A DNA stretch of 64,000 bases, from assembly GCA_963813155.1 (NCBI GenBank), contig CAWEYG010000003.1:96001-160000 (forward strand). The letters are read 5' to 3'. Each line of letters starts with the position of its first letter. Positions within the stretch are counted from its first letter, which is position 1. This document shows positions 1-9,745 of the stretch, one piece after another. Source of the stretch: an uncultured Acidobacteriota bacterium. Lineage in GTDB: Bacteria; Acidobacteriota; Thermoanaerobaculia; UBA5066; DATFVB01. The notes under the pieces are model-generated. The model was not told the DNA's origin and ran no database searches. It saw nothing but the letters and a program-made list of their open reading frames with translations. The translations under genes and the position numbers were made by a program.

Positions 1-631
1 TCGCCGTCTCCGGGCGGAGCTCCAGGCGCGAGATCGTCTTGTTCTGGACCTGGACCTCCGACTCCGAGAGGAGGTCTCCGATCTTCGCGAGGATCATGGT
101 CTTGCCGGGCAGGTATGACGTGACCGTCCCGTCGGGTGAGACCTTCGCAATTCGCGAGTCCTCCGAAGACCACGCCACCGGGGGCACGCTCGCCGGGGAG
201 CCGTCGATGGCTTTCCCGGCGACATCGAGCCTTGCGGACGTGCCGGGCGGACCGAGGAGCTTGAGCGATGCCGGCGACACGAGGATCTCGGAGAGATCGA
301 CGACCTCGACGCCGATCGCGCTCGAGATCTTTCCGCACGAGACCGTCAGGCGTGCGCGCCCGGGTTTTCTCGGAGCGACGTGGCCCGAACCGGTCGCCTC
401 GACGATCGACGTGTCCGAGGACGCCCAGGCGAGCGTCTGGTCCTGCATCTCCCGTCCCTTGCCGTCCAGGACCCGCACGGCGACGTCTTTCGAGTGCGCG
501 GTTCCGTAGAACACGACCTTGGCGGGAGTCACCTCGAGCGTCGCGGGCTTTCGCGCGCACGCCGCGAACGGGGCGGATGCGGCGGCGATGAGGAGTAACC
601 GAAAGGCCCGGCCGTGGCGAGAGCGGTGCAT
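1..631 (-). CDS. Ig-like (Big_2) repeat lipoprotein, 3'-partial (runs off window start)
   Basis: Own translation of the minus strand from ATG at 631 with GGAGGGG RBS: MHRSRHGRAFRLLLIAAASAPFAAC (lipobox-like). Repeated units follow: LEVTPAKV...LAWASSDTSIVEATGSGHV and ILVSPASL...VAWSSEDSRIAKVSPDGTVT, typical of Big_2. Not in the ORF track because it is open-ended. Confidence 0.75.
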   Translation of the reverse strand, partial: MHRSRHGRAFRLLLIAAASAPFAACARKPATLEVTPAKVVFYGTAHSKDVAVRVLDGKGREMQDQTLAWASSDTSIVEATGSGHVAPRKPGRARLTVSCGKISSAIGVEVVDLSEILVSPASLKLLGPPGTSARLDVAGKAIDGSPASVPPVAWSSEDSRIAKVSPDGTVTSYLPGKTMILAKIGDLLSESEVQVQNKTISRLELRPETA

Positions 632-698
632 TCCCCCTCCAAGTTTTCGAGAGGATAACATGGGGGGAGAGGCCTCGGTCCCGCAATAGAATGTTCGC

Positions 699-2309
699 GT
701 GCTCAGGCTGCTCGTCTGGTCCGTCCTCGCCGCCGGAAGCGCGGCGGGAGTGCCGGTGCCGGTGCGAGTCGGAACCGTCCGAATCGAGAGCAACAACGTC
801 TTCAGCCCGGAGGAGGCCGCGAAGGGATGGTTCTATCGTCTCGCGGACCGGATCCACATCGAGACGAAGGACGGGTTCCTGCGCAAGCAGCTTCTCTTCC
901 GAGAGGGCGATGTGCTCGACATCGCGAAGCTCGCCGAAACGGAGCGCAATCTTCGCGCCCTTCCGTTCATCAAGAGCGCGAGCGTCGTCGCGTCCGCTCC
1001 GGTGGACGGCGTGAGCGACGTCCTCGTCGTGACGCAGGACGCCTGGACGACTCAACCCGGCGGATCGTTCGGCTCGAAAGGCGGAAAAACGACCTACAGC
1101 GTCGAGTTCCAGGAAACCGACGCGCTCGGGTGGGGAAAGTCCATCTCCCTTTCGTATGACCAGGGGAGCGAACGGACCACCCGCTCGATCCTCTACCAGG
1201 ATCCCTATCTCTTCGCGCCCTTCTGGAAAGGGAAGCTCCTGTACGCGGACAACTCCGACGGGCGGCAGCGCGCGGTCGAGCTGTCCCGCCCGTTCTATTC
1301 GTTTCAGGCCCCGTGGAGCGCCGATCTGTCGCTCGAGCACGTCGCGGAGCGGGAGAAGCTCTACGAGGACGGAGAGACGTTCTCGACGTACAGCCACGAG
1401 CATCGCGATCGCCTCTATTCGTACGGACGGGCGATCGACGCGAGCGAAAGCGAAGCGCGGCGGTGGACGGCCGGCGTGGAGGTGCTGGATGACGATTTCA
1501 AGCCGATCGAAGGGGACGCTGCCCCGATCGTCCCCGACCGGCGGAGCTTCCGGTACGTCTACGCGACCTACGAAGCGGTCGGAAACGCGTTTTCGACGCT
1601 CAACTACATCAACCGCGACTCTCGCTACGAGGACTTCAACCTGGCGCCGCGCGTATTCGTGAAGGCTGCGTATTCGCCCACGTGGCTCGGCGCTCGGGCG
1701 AGCAGCACGTTCTTCGAGGTGGACGCTTCGGGTGGCCATTCGTTCGGCGACGACTCGTTCGCCCAGGCCGAAGTGGACGCTCAGAGCCGGTTTCAGTCGG
1801 GCGTGCAGAACGGGATCGTGTCGGCGTTCGTCGGATACGCAAGGCGATTCCGCGACGTCTCTCCGCTGCAGACGTTCGTCGCGCGGGCCCAGTACGACCA
1901 GGGTTGGCATCTCGACCGGGACGTTCAGTTCGCCGCGGACGGGTTGACGGGTCTTCGAGGCTACCGGCTCCATTCCTGGGAAGGGGACCGGCGCTTCATC
2001 GCGAATTTCGAGCAGAGATTCTTCTCGGAGAGGGAGTTCCTGCAGCTCGTTTCTCCCGGAGCCGTCGTGTTCTTCGACACGGGCGCGGCAGTTCCTCACG
2101 GAACGCCGCTCTGGTCCTCCTCCCAGTTCCACAGCGACGTCGGGGTCGGGCTTCGCCTCGCGATCGCGAGAGCGGGAGGCAACAACATCCTTCGGATCGA
2201 CCTCGCGTACCCGTTCGAGAAGGATCCGCGCGGGCGCCACGGCCTGCTCGTCTCGTTTTCGTCGTCTCAGGCCTTCTCCTTTCGGAGGAGCAGTCCTTCG
2301 GGGGACTGA
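699..2309 (+). CDS. Omp85/BamA/TamA-family outer membrane protein (POTRA + beta-barrel)
   Basis: Signal peptide, one POTRA-like segment (FLRKQLLFREGDVLD...ETERNLRALPFI), GLRGY lid motif, FFDTGAA and SDVGVGLRL...ILRIDLAYP C-terminal strands. Confidence 0.8.
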   Translation: MLRLLVWSVLAAGSAAGVPVPVRVGTVRIESNNVFSPEEAAKGWFYRLADRIHIETKDGFLRKQLLFREGDVLDIAKLAETERNLRALPFIKSASVVASAPVDGVSDVLVVTQDAWTTQPGGSFGSKGGKTTYSVEFQETDALGWGKSISLSYDQGSERTTRSILYQDPYLFAPFWKGKLLYADNSDGRQRAVELSRPFYSFQAPWSADLSLEHVAEREKLYEDGETFSTYSHEHRDRLYSYGRAIDASESEARRWTAGVEVLDDDFKPIEGDAAPIVPDRRSFRYVYATYEAVGNAFSTLNYINRDSRYEDFNLAPRVFVKAAYSPTWLGARASSTFFEVDASGGHSFGDDSFAQAEVDAQSRFQSGVQNGIVSAFVGYARRFRDVSPLQTFVARAQYDQGWHLDRDVQFAADGLTGLRGYRLHSWEGDRRFIANFEQRFFSEREFLQLVSPGAVVFFDTGAAVPHGTPLWSSSQFHSDVGVGLRLAIARAGGNNILRIDLAYPFEKDPRGRHGLLVSFSSSQAFSFRRSSPSGD

Positions 2310-2319
2310 GGAGGAAATT

Positions 2320-3567
2320 TTGCAGCGATGGACCGGCCTGGCGGGGATTGCGGCGCTGCTCGGCATCGCGATCCTGTTTTCGAAGGACCGAAGGAGGATC
2401 CGGTGGTACACGGTGATCGCGGGTCTCGGCCTTCAAATCGCGCTGGCGTTCCTCGTTCTCGCCTGGGAGCCGGGAAAGATCGTCCTGGAGCGCCTCTCGC
2501 TCGCCGTCACCCGCGCGGTGTCGTACTCGGACGAGGGAGCGAAATTCCTGTTCGGCTGGCTCGCCGAGCCGATGGACACGCTCGGCCAGGCAACGCACCT
2601 GCCCCTCCGCGGTTTCGTTTTCGCCTTCAAAGTCCTTCCCCTGATCATTTTCATCTGCTCGTTCTTCATGATCCTTTACCACTTCGGGGTGATGCAGAGG
2701 GTCGTGCGGGTCATGGCCGTCGTCATGCAGAAGCTCCTGGGGGTCTCGGGAGCGGAATCGCTCTGCGTCGCGGCCAGCGTTTTCATCGGGCAGACCGAAG
2801 CGCCCGTCCTGATCGCGCCGTACGTCCCCGAGATGACGATGTCGGAAATGCTCACGATGATGACGGGGGGAATGGCCCACGTCTCGGGGGCGGTCCTCCT
2901 CGCCTACGTCGCGATGGGGATTCCCGCGAAGTACCTGATCACCGCGTCGGTCATGGCGGCTCCGGGAACGATCCTCGTTTCGAAGATCCTCTGGCCGGAA
3001 ACCGATGTTCCGAAGACGTACGGCCGTGTCACGCTCCGCGTGGAGAAAACGCACGCGAATTTCATCGACGCCGCGGCTTCCGGCGCTTCGCAGGGGATGA
3101 GCCTCGCCCTGAACATCGCCGCGATGCTCATCGCGTTCATCGCGCTCGTCGCGCTGCTGAACGGGTTTCTCGGCTGGGCTGGGCACTTCTTCGGGCACCC
3201 GGAGTTTTCGCTTCAGACCCTGTTCGCCGCCGGACTCGGCTGGCTCACGGTCCTGATGGGAGTTCCCCGCGCCGATTCCGGGACGGTCGCGGACCTGATC
3301 GCCAACAAGACCGTGATCAACGAATTCTTCGCATACGCGAAGATGTCGCAGGTCCAGGCGGGCCTGTCGGAGAAGGCGCGCCTGATCGCCTCGTTCGCGC
3401 TGTGCGGATTCGCGAATTTCTCCTCGATCGGGATCCAGATCGGCGGTATCGGAGGCCTCGCGCCTTCCCGGAAGGGGGACCTCGCGCGGCTCGGGTTTCG
3501 GGCGCTGCTCGCGGGGTCGCTCACGAGCTTCGTGACGGCGGCCCTGGCGGGCATCATTGCGGGGTGA
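2320..3567 (+). CDS. nupC: CNT/NupC-family concentrative nucleoside transporter
   Basis: FAFKVLPLIIF, SVFIGQTEAP, MTGGMAHVSG, KTVINEFFAY and SFALCGFANFSSIGIQIGG motifs. Confidence 0.93.
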   Translation: MQRWTGLAGIAALLGIAILFSKDRRRIRWYTVIAGLGLQIALAFLVLAWEPGKIVLERLSLAVTRAVSYSDEGAKFLFGWLAEPMDTLGQATHLPLRGFVFAFKVLPLIIFICSFFMILYHFGVMQRVVRVMAVVMQKLLGVSGAESLCVAASVFIGQTEAPVLIAPYVPEMTMSEMLTMMTGGMAHVSGAVLLAYVAMGIPAKYLITASVMAAPGTILVSKILWPETDVPKTYGRVTLRVEKTHANFIDAAASGASQGMSLALNIAAMLIAFIALVALLNGFLGWAGHFFGHPEFSLQTLFAAGLGWLTVLMGVPRADSGTVADLIANKTVINEFFAYAKMSQVQAGLSEKARLIASFALCGFANFSSIGIQIGGIGGLAPSRKGDLARLGFRALLAGSLTSFVTAALAGIIAG

Positions 3568-3570
3568 GGG

Positions 3571-4380
3571 GTGAATCGAAGGAAGGTCGACCTCGGCGGA
3601 TCCCGGATCGGGATCGTTCTGGGGTCGGGTCTCGGAGAATTCGCGCAGAGCCTCGAGGATCGTTCGGCCATTCCGTACGCGAAGCTTCGCGGGTTTCCGC
3701 CGGCGGGAGTCGTCGGGCATCGCGGGGAGCTCGTTCTCGGGAAGGCCGGCGGCGTTCGCGTCGCCGTGCTCTCGGGCCGGGCCCACTATTACGAAGGGCT
3801 CCCGATGGCGGACGTCGTTTCCGCCGTCCGGGAGCTCGCGCGAGCCGGCGCGAAAGCGGTGATTCTCACGAACGCCGCCGGGGGAATCCGGCGGTCGTTT
3901 CGCCCGGGGGACCTCATGCTCGTCGCGGATCATCTCAACGGGTTCGGAACGAACCCGTTGATCGGGGCCAACGACGACGCGCTCGGCCCGAGATTCCCGG
4001 ACATGTCCGAGGTGTACGACGCGGAATTCCGGCGGTTCGCGCGCGCGGCCGCCCGTCGACTGCGAATCCCTCTCCGGCAGGGCGTGTACGTCGGCCTGCA
4101 CGGCCCTTCGTACGAGACTCCCGCCGAAATCCGGATGTGGAGAAGGCTCGGCGCGGACGCGGTCGGGATGTCCACCGTCCCGGAGGCGATCGCGCTTCGG
4201 CACGCGGGAGTTCGCGTCGTCGCGATCTCGACGATCACGAACATGGCGGCGGGGGTCGTTCGCAAGCCCGTGGTCCACGAGGAGGTGCTCGAGACGGGCA
4301 GGAGCGTCGCCCGGCGGCTCGGGAAGCTTCTCACGTCGCTCGTTCGCTCGATCGACTCCTCCCTCGGCGGCGCGCCATGA
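3571..4380 (+). CDS. punA: Purine nucleoside phosphorylase (trimeric type)
   Basis: IVLGSGLG, GRAHYYEG, TNAAGG, GPSYETPAE, DAVGMSTVPE and TNMAAG motifs. Confidence 0.93.
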   Translation: MNRRKVDLGGSRIGIVLGSGLGEFAQSLEDRSAIPYAKLRGFPPAGVVGHRGELVLGKAGGVRVAVLSGRAHYYEGLPMADVVSAVRELARAGAKAVILTNAAGGIRRSFRPGDLMLVADHLNGFGTNPLIGANDDALGPRFPDMSEVYDAEFRRFARAAARRLRIPLRQGVYVGLHGPSYETPAEIRMWRRLGADAVGMSTVPEAIALRHAGVRVVAISTITNMAAGVVRKPVVHEEVLETGRSVARRLGKLLTSLVRSIDSSLGGAP

Positions 4381-5789
4381 AGCGCTCTTTCCGGGCGTTC
4401 CTGCCGATATTTATCGCGGCGGCGGCCGAGCTCGGCGGCGCCGGGATCCGCCGCGAGACCCGCGCGCGCAAGTGCGACCTGACGGTGCTCGGGGGGACGG
4501 TCGTGACGGTCGATTCGGCAGATCGCGTCTACGCGCCGGGCGGAATCGCGATCGGCGGCGGACGCATCCTCGCGGTCGGGCCGTCGGAGGAGATTCGTTC
4601 GCGGTTCGCGGGACGCGAAGTGGTCTCCGCGGCGGGGGAGATCGTTCTGCCCGGACTGGTCAACACGCACACGCACGCCGCGATGACCCTGCTGCGCGGG
4701 ATCGGCGCCGACCTGTCTCTCGCGGACTGGCTCACGCAAAAGATCTTCCCGGCCGAAGCGAAGAACGTCTCTCCCGCGTTCGTCCGCGACGGAACGAAGC
4801 TCGCCTGCCTCGAGATGATCGAGGGAGGAACGACGACGTTCGCCGACATGTACTACTTCGAGTCCGACGCGGCGGAAGCGACGCACGCCGCGGGGCTTCG
4901 CGCCGTTCTCGGCGAGACGTTCATCGATTTTCCCGCTCCGGATCACAAGGACCTCGCGGAGACCCTGCGGGTCGCGGAGGCATTCATCCGAAAATGGAAG
5001 GGCGATCCCCTGATCACGCCGGCTGTCGCTCCCCATGCGCCCTACACGTGCTCGAAAGAAACGCTCCTGGCGGCGCGGAGTCTGGCGGAGGCGTACGGGG
5101 TTCCGATCGAGATTCACCTGTCCGAGACGAAAAAGGAAGTCGAAGAAGCGAAGTCGAAAGGGAACGCGAGCCCGATCGCGTATCTGGAATCGATCGGGTT
5201 CTTCGGCGTCCGGCCGACGGTGGCCGCGCACGTCGTCTGGCCGGAGCCCGGCGACGCGGAAATTCTGAAACTGCGCGGGGTCGCGGTCTCGCACAATCCC
5301 GAGTCGAACATGAAGCTCGCGTCGGGCATCGCGCCGATCGTCGCGTTCGAGCGCGCCGGGGTTCTCTGGTCCCTCGGAACCGACGGCGCGGCCTCCAACG
5401 ACGACCTCTCGATGTTCGAAGCCATGGATTTCGCGGGCAAGCTCGCGAAGGTCTCGACGCTCGATCCGACCGCTCTTCCGGCGCGCCGGGTCGTCCGGGC
5501 CGCGACGGCCGGGGGAGCCAAGGCGCTCGGCCTGGAGAACAAGGTCGGGTCCCTCGAGCCGGGAAAGGAGGCCGACTTCATCCTCGTCGATGCCGGCCGC
5601 GCCCACTCCGTGCCGGGCGACGACCCTTTCGCGCTGCTCGTTTCGTCCCTGAAGGCGGGCGACGTGACCGACGTCTGGGTGGCTGGCCGGCGCCTTCTCC
5701 GGCGAGGGCGGGTGACCTCTCTAAATGGCGCGTCAATTCGGCATTCGGCGGCCGAATGGCGGCGAAAGATCGAGAGAAGCCTGCCCTAG
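4377..5789 (+). CDS. mtaD: Amidohydrolase, MTA/SAH deaminase (MtaD) family
   Basis: ATG at 4377 overlaps the punA stop (ATGA). Motifs PGLVNTHTH, APHAPY, IHLSET, HNPESNMKLASG and LGTDGAASN. Confidence 0.8.
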   Translation: MKRSFRAFLPIFIAAAAELGGAGIRRETRARKCDLTVLGGTVVTVDSADRVYAPGGIAIGGGRILAVGPSEEIRSRFAGREVVSAAGEIVLPGLVNTHTHAAMTLLRGIGADLSLADWLTQKIFPAEAKNVSPAFVRDGTKLACLEMIEGGTTTFADMYYFESDAAEATHAAGLRAVLGETFIDFPAPDHKDLAETLRVAEAFIRKWKGDPLITPAVAPHAPYTCSKETLLAARSLAEAYGVPIEIHLSETKKEVEEAKSKGNASPIAYLESIGFFGVRPTVAAHVVWPEPGDAEILKLRGVAVSHNPESNMKLASGIAPIVAFERAGVLWSLGTDGAASNDDLSMFEAMDFAGKLAKVSTLDPTALPARRVVRAATAGGAKALGLENKVGSLEPGKEADFILVDAGRAHSVPGDDPFALLVSSLKAGDVTDVWVAGRRLLRRGRVTSLNGASIRHSAAEWRRKIERSLP

Positions 5790-5851
5790 GTCGGGTCCGA
5801 CTACCTCCTTTATTGCCAATTCTTTTCTTCCTTTTTCGCCGCACGCGAGGC

Positions 5852-5876
5852 TATAATTTTTGCAGTTCACGGAGGA
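5852..5876 (+). promoter_or_regulatory. Putative -10 box (TATAAT) and RBS (GGAGG) of the DGQHR gene
   Basis: TATAAT at 5852-5857 in an AT-rich intergenic gap, with GGAGG just before ATG 5880. No clear -35. Confidence 0.5.
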
Positions 5877-5879
5877 TGA

Positions 5880-7010
5880 ATGAACTCAGTAGCCGCGCTC
5901 CGGCTCAATCAATTTGGGGTCCATTTTTACGAAGTGCTGCTCACGGGTGTCGATGTGCAGAAAATCGTTCAATTTGAAGTACTTAACTTCGGTCCGGACG
6001 GCGAAAGGACGATCGGTTCCGCCAAAAGGCGACACAGTGGCATGGTCAACTGGGAATTCCTGGAAAAGAAGATCTCCGCCTCCGGGGAGGCCTTCCAGCG
6101 GCCGATCATCGAAAAGAAAATCAACGAGCTCGTCGCGTACTACCTGCAGTGCGCGGACTCGGGAACGCTTCCGGCGATTCCCGGGAGCGTGCTGCTCGTG
6201 AGCGACCGGCGCCTCGAGTTCAAACCGATGCGGGAAAAGTCGGACTTCGGAACGATCGCGCTTCCGGAAGAAGCGGGAATCATGCGAGCGCTCGACGGCC
6301 AGCACCGCCTCCTCGCCCTCCACCAGCTCGCGGAGAAGCACAACCTGACCGATTTCCAGGTGCCAGCCGTCGTGTTCGACACCCTCACTCCCGATCAGGT
6401 CGTGGAGCTCTTCGTGACGATCAACAGCAAGCATACGAAGTTGAATCCGTCGCACCTGATTTCCCTGTCCGGCCGGCGCCTCTACCGCGACGAGAACCTG
6501 GCCGCCGCGCACGACGTCATCCGGGCTCTGAACGAGGACGAGCATTCGCCCTTGCGCGGGCAGATCAAGGTGCTCGGCGTCGGCAAGGGAACCGTGACCC
6601 AGGCATCGCTCGCCGACGAGATCCGGGACGTCTTCGCGGCGATGGCGGCCGCGGGCCCTCGCACCTCGAAGGAATTCCGGGAGAACGCGAAGCGGTTCTT
6701 CCTGAATTATTTCAAGGCCCTCGAGAAGGTCTTTCCGAAGGCGTTTTCCTCGCGGAAGTATTCGATCCGCACGGGCCTCGCCCTTCGCGCGTTTCTTCGT
6801 GTTTCGCCGCACGTGATCGCCATGATCCGTCACCGGGGCGGAGATCTCTGGTCCGCGGGAGAGCTCCACGCGGCGCTGCTTCCGTGGGCGGAGTCCGTCG
6901 GCGACGCGCGCTTCGAGACCGAGCACAGCTGGAAGCAGCGAATGACCGGCGGAACGCGCTCGACCGTCGAGGTCCTCGTCCGCGAGCTCAAGCAGGGCCT
7001 GCTCGCCTAG
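5880..7010 (+). CDS. DGQHR-domain (DndB-like, ParB/Srx superfamily) protein
   Basis: FQRPI...IPGSVLL...ALDGQHRLLAL...LFVTINSKHTKLNPS motifs diagnostic of the DGQHR family. Confidence 0.88.
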   Translation: MNSVAALRLNQFGVHFYEVLLTGVDVQKIVQFEVLNFGPDGERTIGSAKRRHSGMVNWEFLEKKISASGEAFQRPIIEKKINELVAYYLQCADSGTLPAIPGSVLLVSDRRLEFKPMREKSDFGTIALPEEAGIMRALDGQHRLLALHQLAEKHNLTDFQVPAVVFDTLTPDQVVELFVTINSKHTKLNPSHLISLSGRRLYRDENLAAAHDVIRALNEDEHSPLRGQIKVLGVGKGTVTQASLADEIRDVFAAMAAAGPRTSKEFRENAKRFFLNYFKALEKVFPKAFSSRKYSIRTGLALRAFLRVSPHVIAMIRHRGGDLWSAGELHAALLPWAESVGDARFETEHSWKQRMTGGTRSTVEVLVRELKQGLLA

Positions 7011-7037
7011 CGCGACGCGAGCCATGCTCCTCCGACC

Positions 7038-9722
7038 TTGACCCTTCCGGCCGGCAGTCGGCTCGGCCCCTACGAGATTCTCGCCCCGATCGGAGCGGGC
7101 GGAATGGGGGAAGTGTATCGGGCAAAGGACGCCCGGCTCGGACGTGACGTCGCGATCAAGGTCCTCCCCGCGCACCTGACCGACGATCCGGATCTCAAGG
7201 CCCGGTTCGAGCGGGAAGCGCGGGCGATCTCGCAGCTGACGCACCCGCACATCTGCACGCTCTACGACGTCGGAAGCGCGGACGGCGTCGAGTATCTCGT
7301 GATGGAGCTCCTCGAAGGGCAGACGCTCGCGGACCGCATCGAGAAAGGGCCCCTCCCGACCGATCAGGTGGTGAAATTCGGCGTCGAGATCGCGGACGCG
7401 CTCGATCGCGCGCACCGCGCCGGCATCGTCCACCGGGACCTGAAGCCCGGCAATGTCATGTTGACGAAATCGGGCGTGAAGCTCCTCGACTTCGGTCTCG
7501 CCAAGACGGCGGCGTCCGAGCGCGAAGCATCAGGGCTTTCGTCGCTCCCCACCGAGATGGCCGCTTCGCGGCCGCTCACCCAGAAGGGCACGGTCATGGG
7601 CACCTTCCAGTACATGGCGCCCGAGCAGCTCGAAGGGAAGGAAGCCGACGCCCGCAGCGACATCTTCGCGCTCGGATGCGTGCTGTACGAGATGGCGACG
7701 GGGAAGAAGGCCTTCACCGGCGCCAGCCACGCTTCACTCGTGTCGGCCATCCTTCGGGACGAGCCGAGACCCATATCCGAAACAGCCCCGATGGCGCCTC
7801 CCGCCCTCGATCGGCTGGTCAAAACCTGCATCGCGAAGGACCCCGAGGAGCGGTGGCAGTCCGCCCGCGACGTGATGTCGGAGCTTCGCTGGATCGGCCA
7901 GGGGGGATCGCAGGCCGGCGCCCCGGCAGTCGTTGGACCGCGCAGGAAAAGCCGCGAGCGGCTCGCCTGGGGAATCGCCGGCGCGGCGATCGCGGGAATC
8001 GCCGTTCTCGCGGCGATGCAGCTCCGCCGGCGTGCGGAGCCGGCGCCGACGATCCGCTTCGAAGTCTCGCCGCCTCCCGATGTTCGATTCGGGTACGGCC
8101 TCGCGATCTCGCCGGACGGGAGCCAGCTCGTCTTCGAGGGTACGGGCACCGGCAAGCAGATGCTCTACCTGCGCCGCCTCGCTTCGACCGAAGTCAAGGA
8201 GCTTCCGGGAACCGAAGGGGCGGCGTTCCCGTTCTGGTCGCCGGACGGGTCCCGCCTCGCCTTCTTCGCCGGGGGTACGCTCAAGCGCTACGACCTGGCG
8301 ACTGCTTCGGCTCAGACCCTCGCGCCCGCGGCGAACGGCCGCGGAGGCGCCTGGAGCCGGGACGGAATGATTCTGTTCGTGCCCGACACCGGGACGGGGA
8401 TTTCGCGCGTTTCCGCGGACGGCGGAACCGTCGTTCCCGAAACGGCCCTCGACCGGCACGCGCAGGACGGAAGCCACCGCTGGCCTTTTTTTCTTCCGGA
8501 CGGCCGCCACTACCTCTTCATGGTTCGTGGCGCGGCGTCGGGGAAGCCGGGGATCTACGCCGGTACGCTCGGCTCGAAGAAGAGGCAGTTCGTCGCCGAG
8601 GCGGCGTCCGCCATGGCGTACTCGCCTCCGGGCTACCTGCTCTTCATTCGCCAGAAGGCTCTGGTCGCGGTGCGCTTCGACGCGGGATCTCTCCAGACGG
8701 AAGGATCGCCGTTTCCGATCGTCGCCGACATGGAGGCCCTCGGCGACACGCAGCCGACCGGATACGCGCGATTCTCGGTTTCCGCCAACGGGGTCCTCGC
8801 GGTCCGCAGCGGAGTTTCGAGCGTTTCGCAGTTTGCCTGGTTCGACCGACAGGGAAAGAAGCTTTCCGTGACGGGATCGGCGGGGGAACAGGACGAGCTC
8901 GCGCTTTCGCCCGACCAGAAATACGTCGTCTTCGAACGCAGCGATCCCGCGCTGGGCACGAACGATCTCTGGCGACTCGATCTCGAGCGCGGCATCGAGA
9001 ACCGCGTGACCTACGACCCCGGCAGCGAAAGCACCGCGGTCTGGCTGCCCGACGGCAAGACCGTCGTCTATTCGAACGGCGGCGTCGTGGGCCTTCAAAA
9101 CGAGATCGTCCAGACCAGTGCGTCGGGAACGGGAGGCAAACGCGTTCTCCTCCGCTCGGACGAGGGCTCGCTCTATCCCGACGCTGTCTCGGGCGACGGA
9201 AAGTTTCTTCTTTACGAGCTGCAGACGCAGAAAGGGAGCATCGACCTGATGCTGCTGCCGCTCCCGGGAGGAGGAAAACCCGCGCCGTTCCTCGCGACGC
9301 CCTTCGACGAGGCGCACGCGCAGTTCTCGCCCGACGGGCGGTTCGTGAGCTACACATCCAGCGAGTCGGGGCGGGAGGAGATCTACGTCCGCCCGTTTCC
9401 CGCGGGGGACGAGAAGTGGCAGGTCTCGGCGTCCGGAGGCGACCAGGCAACGTGGAAGGGCGACGGAACGGAGCTCTACTACCTCTCCTCGCAGCAGGAG
9501 ATCATGGCCGTTCCCGTCGAGCGAAAATCCTCGGCCCTCTCCTTCGGCGCGCCCACGGCGCTGTTCGGCGTGAGGGTGCCGGCCGTGGGCGTGACGCTCT
9601 CGCGAACAGGATTCCAGGCTTCCCTCGACGGGAAACGATTCCTCGTCAACCAGGTGACGGGCGGCACGGACCGTTCCCCGATCACCGTCGCCTTGAACTG
9701 GACGGCAGACCTCCACAAATGA
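7038..9722 (+). CDS. Hanks-type Ser/Thr kinase with TM helix and PD40/TolB-like beta-propeller
   Basis: GAGGMGEVY, VAIKVL, HRDLKPGN, DFGLAK and GTFQYMAPE motifs; hydrophobic helix; repeated (F/W)SPDG propeller blades. Confidence 0.93.
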   Translation: MTLPAGSRLGPYEILAPIGAGGMGEVYRAKDARLGRDVAIKVLPAHLTDDPDLKARFEREARAISQLTHPHICTLYDVGSADGVEYLVMELLEGQTLADRIEKGPLPTDQVVKFGVEIADALDRAHRAGIVHRDLKPGNVMLTKSGVKLLDFGLAKTAASEREASGLSSLPTEMAASRPLTQKGTVMGTFQYMAPEQLEGKEADARSDIFALGCVLYEMATGKKAFTGASHASLVSAILRDEPRPISETAPMAPPALDRLVKTCIAKDPEERWQSARDVMSELRWIGQGGSQAGAPAVVGPRRKSRERLAWGIAGAAIAGIAVLAAMQLRRRAEPAPTIRFEVSPPPDVRFGYGLAISPDGSQLVFEGTGTGKQMLYLRRLASTEVKELPGTEGAAFPFWSPDGSRLAFFAGGTLKRYDLATASAQTLAPAANGRGGAWSRDGMILFVPDTGTGISRVSADGGTVVPETALDRHAQDGSHRWPFFLPDGRHYLFMVRGAASGKPGIYAGTLGSKKRQFVAEAASAMAYSPPGYLLFIRQKALVAVRFDAGSLQTEGSPFPIVADMEALGDTQPTGYARFSVSANGVLAVRSGVSSVSQFAWFDRQGKKLSVTGSAGEQDELALSPDQKYVVFERSDPALGTNDLWRLDLERGIENRVTYDPGSESTAVWLPDGKTVVYSNGGVVGLQNEIVQTSASGTGGKRVLLRSDEGSLYPDAVSGDGKFLLYELQTQKGSIDLMLLPLPGGGKPAPFLATPFDEAHAQFSPDGRFVSYTSSESGREEIYVRPFPAGDEKWQVSASGGDQATWKGDGTELYYLSSQQEIMAVPVERKSSALSFGAPTALFGVRVPAVGVTLSRTGFQASLDGKRFLVNQVTGGTDRSPITVALNWTADLHK

Positions 9723-9745
9723 ATCGCTGATAGGATTCTTCCAAC

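Noticed and set aside
2328-4376. Apparent 1153-aa ORF extending mtaD upstream
   Set aside because: The upstream part overlaps nupC and punA in another frame and is Arg/Gly-rich nonsense. The real start is the ATGA overlap at 4377.
5880-7010. Complete Dnd or Dpd DNA-modification system
   Set aside because: Only the DGQHR gene is present; no dndACDE, dpdA/C or pbe genes are in the window.
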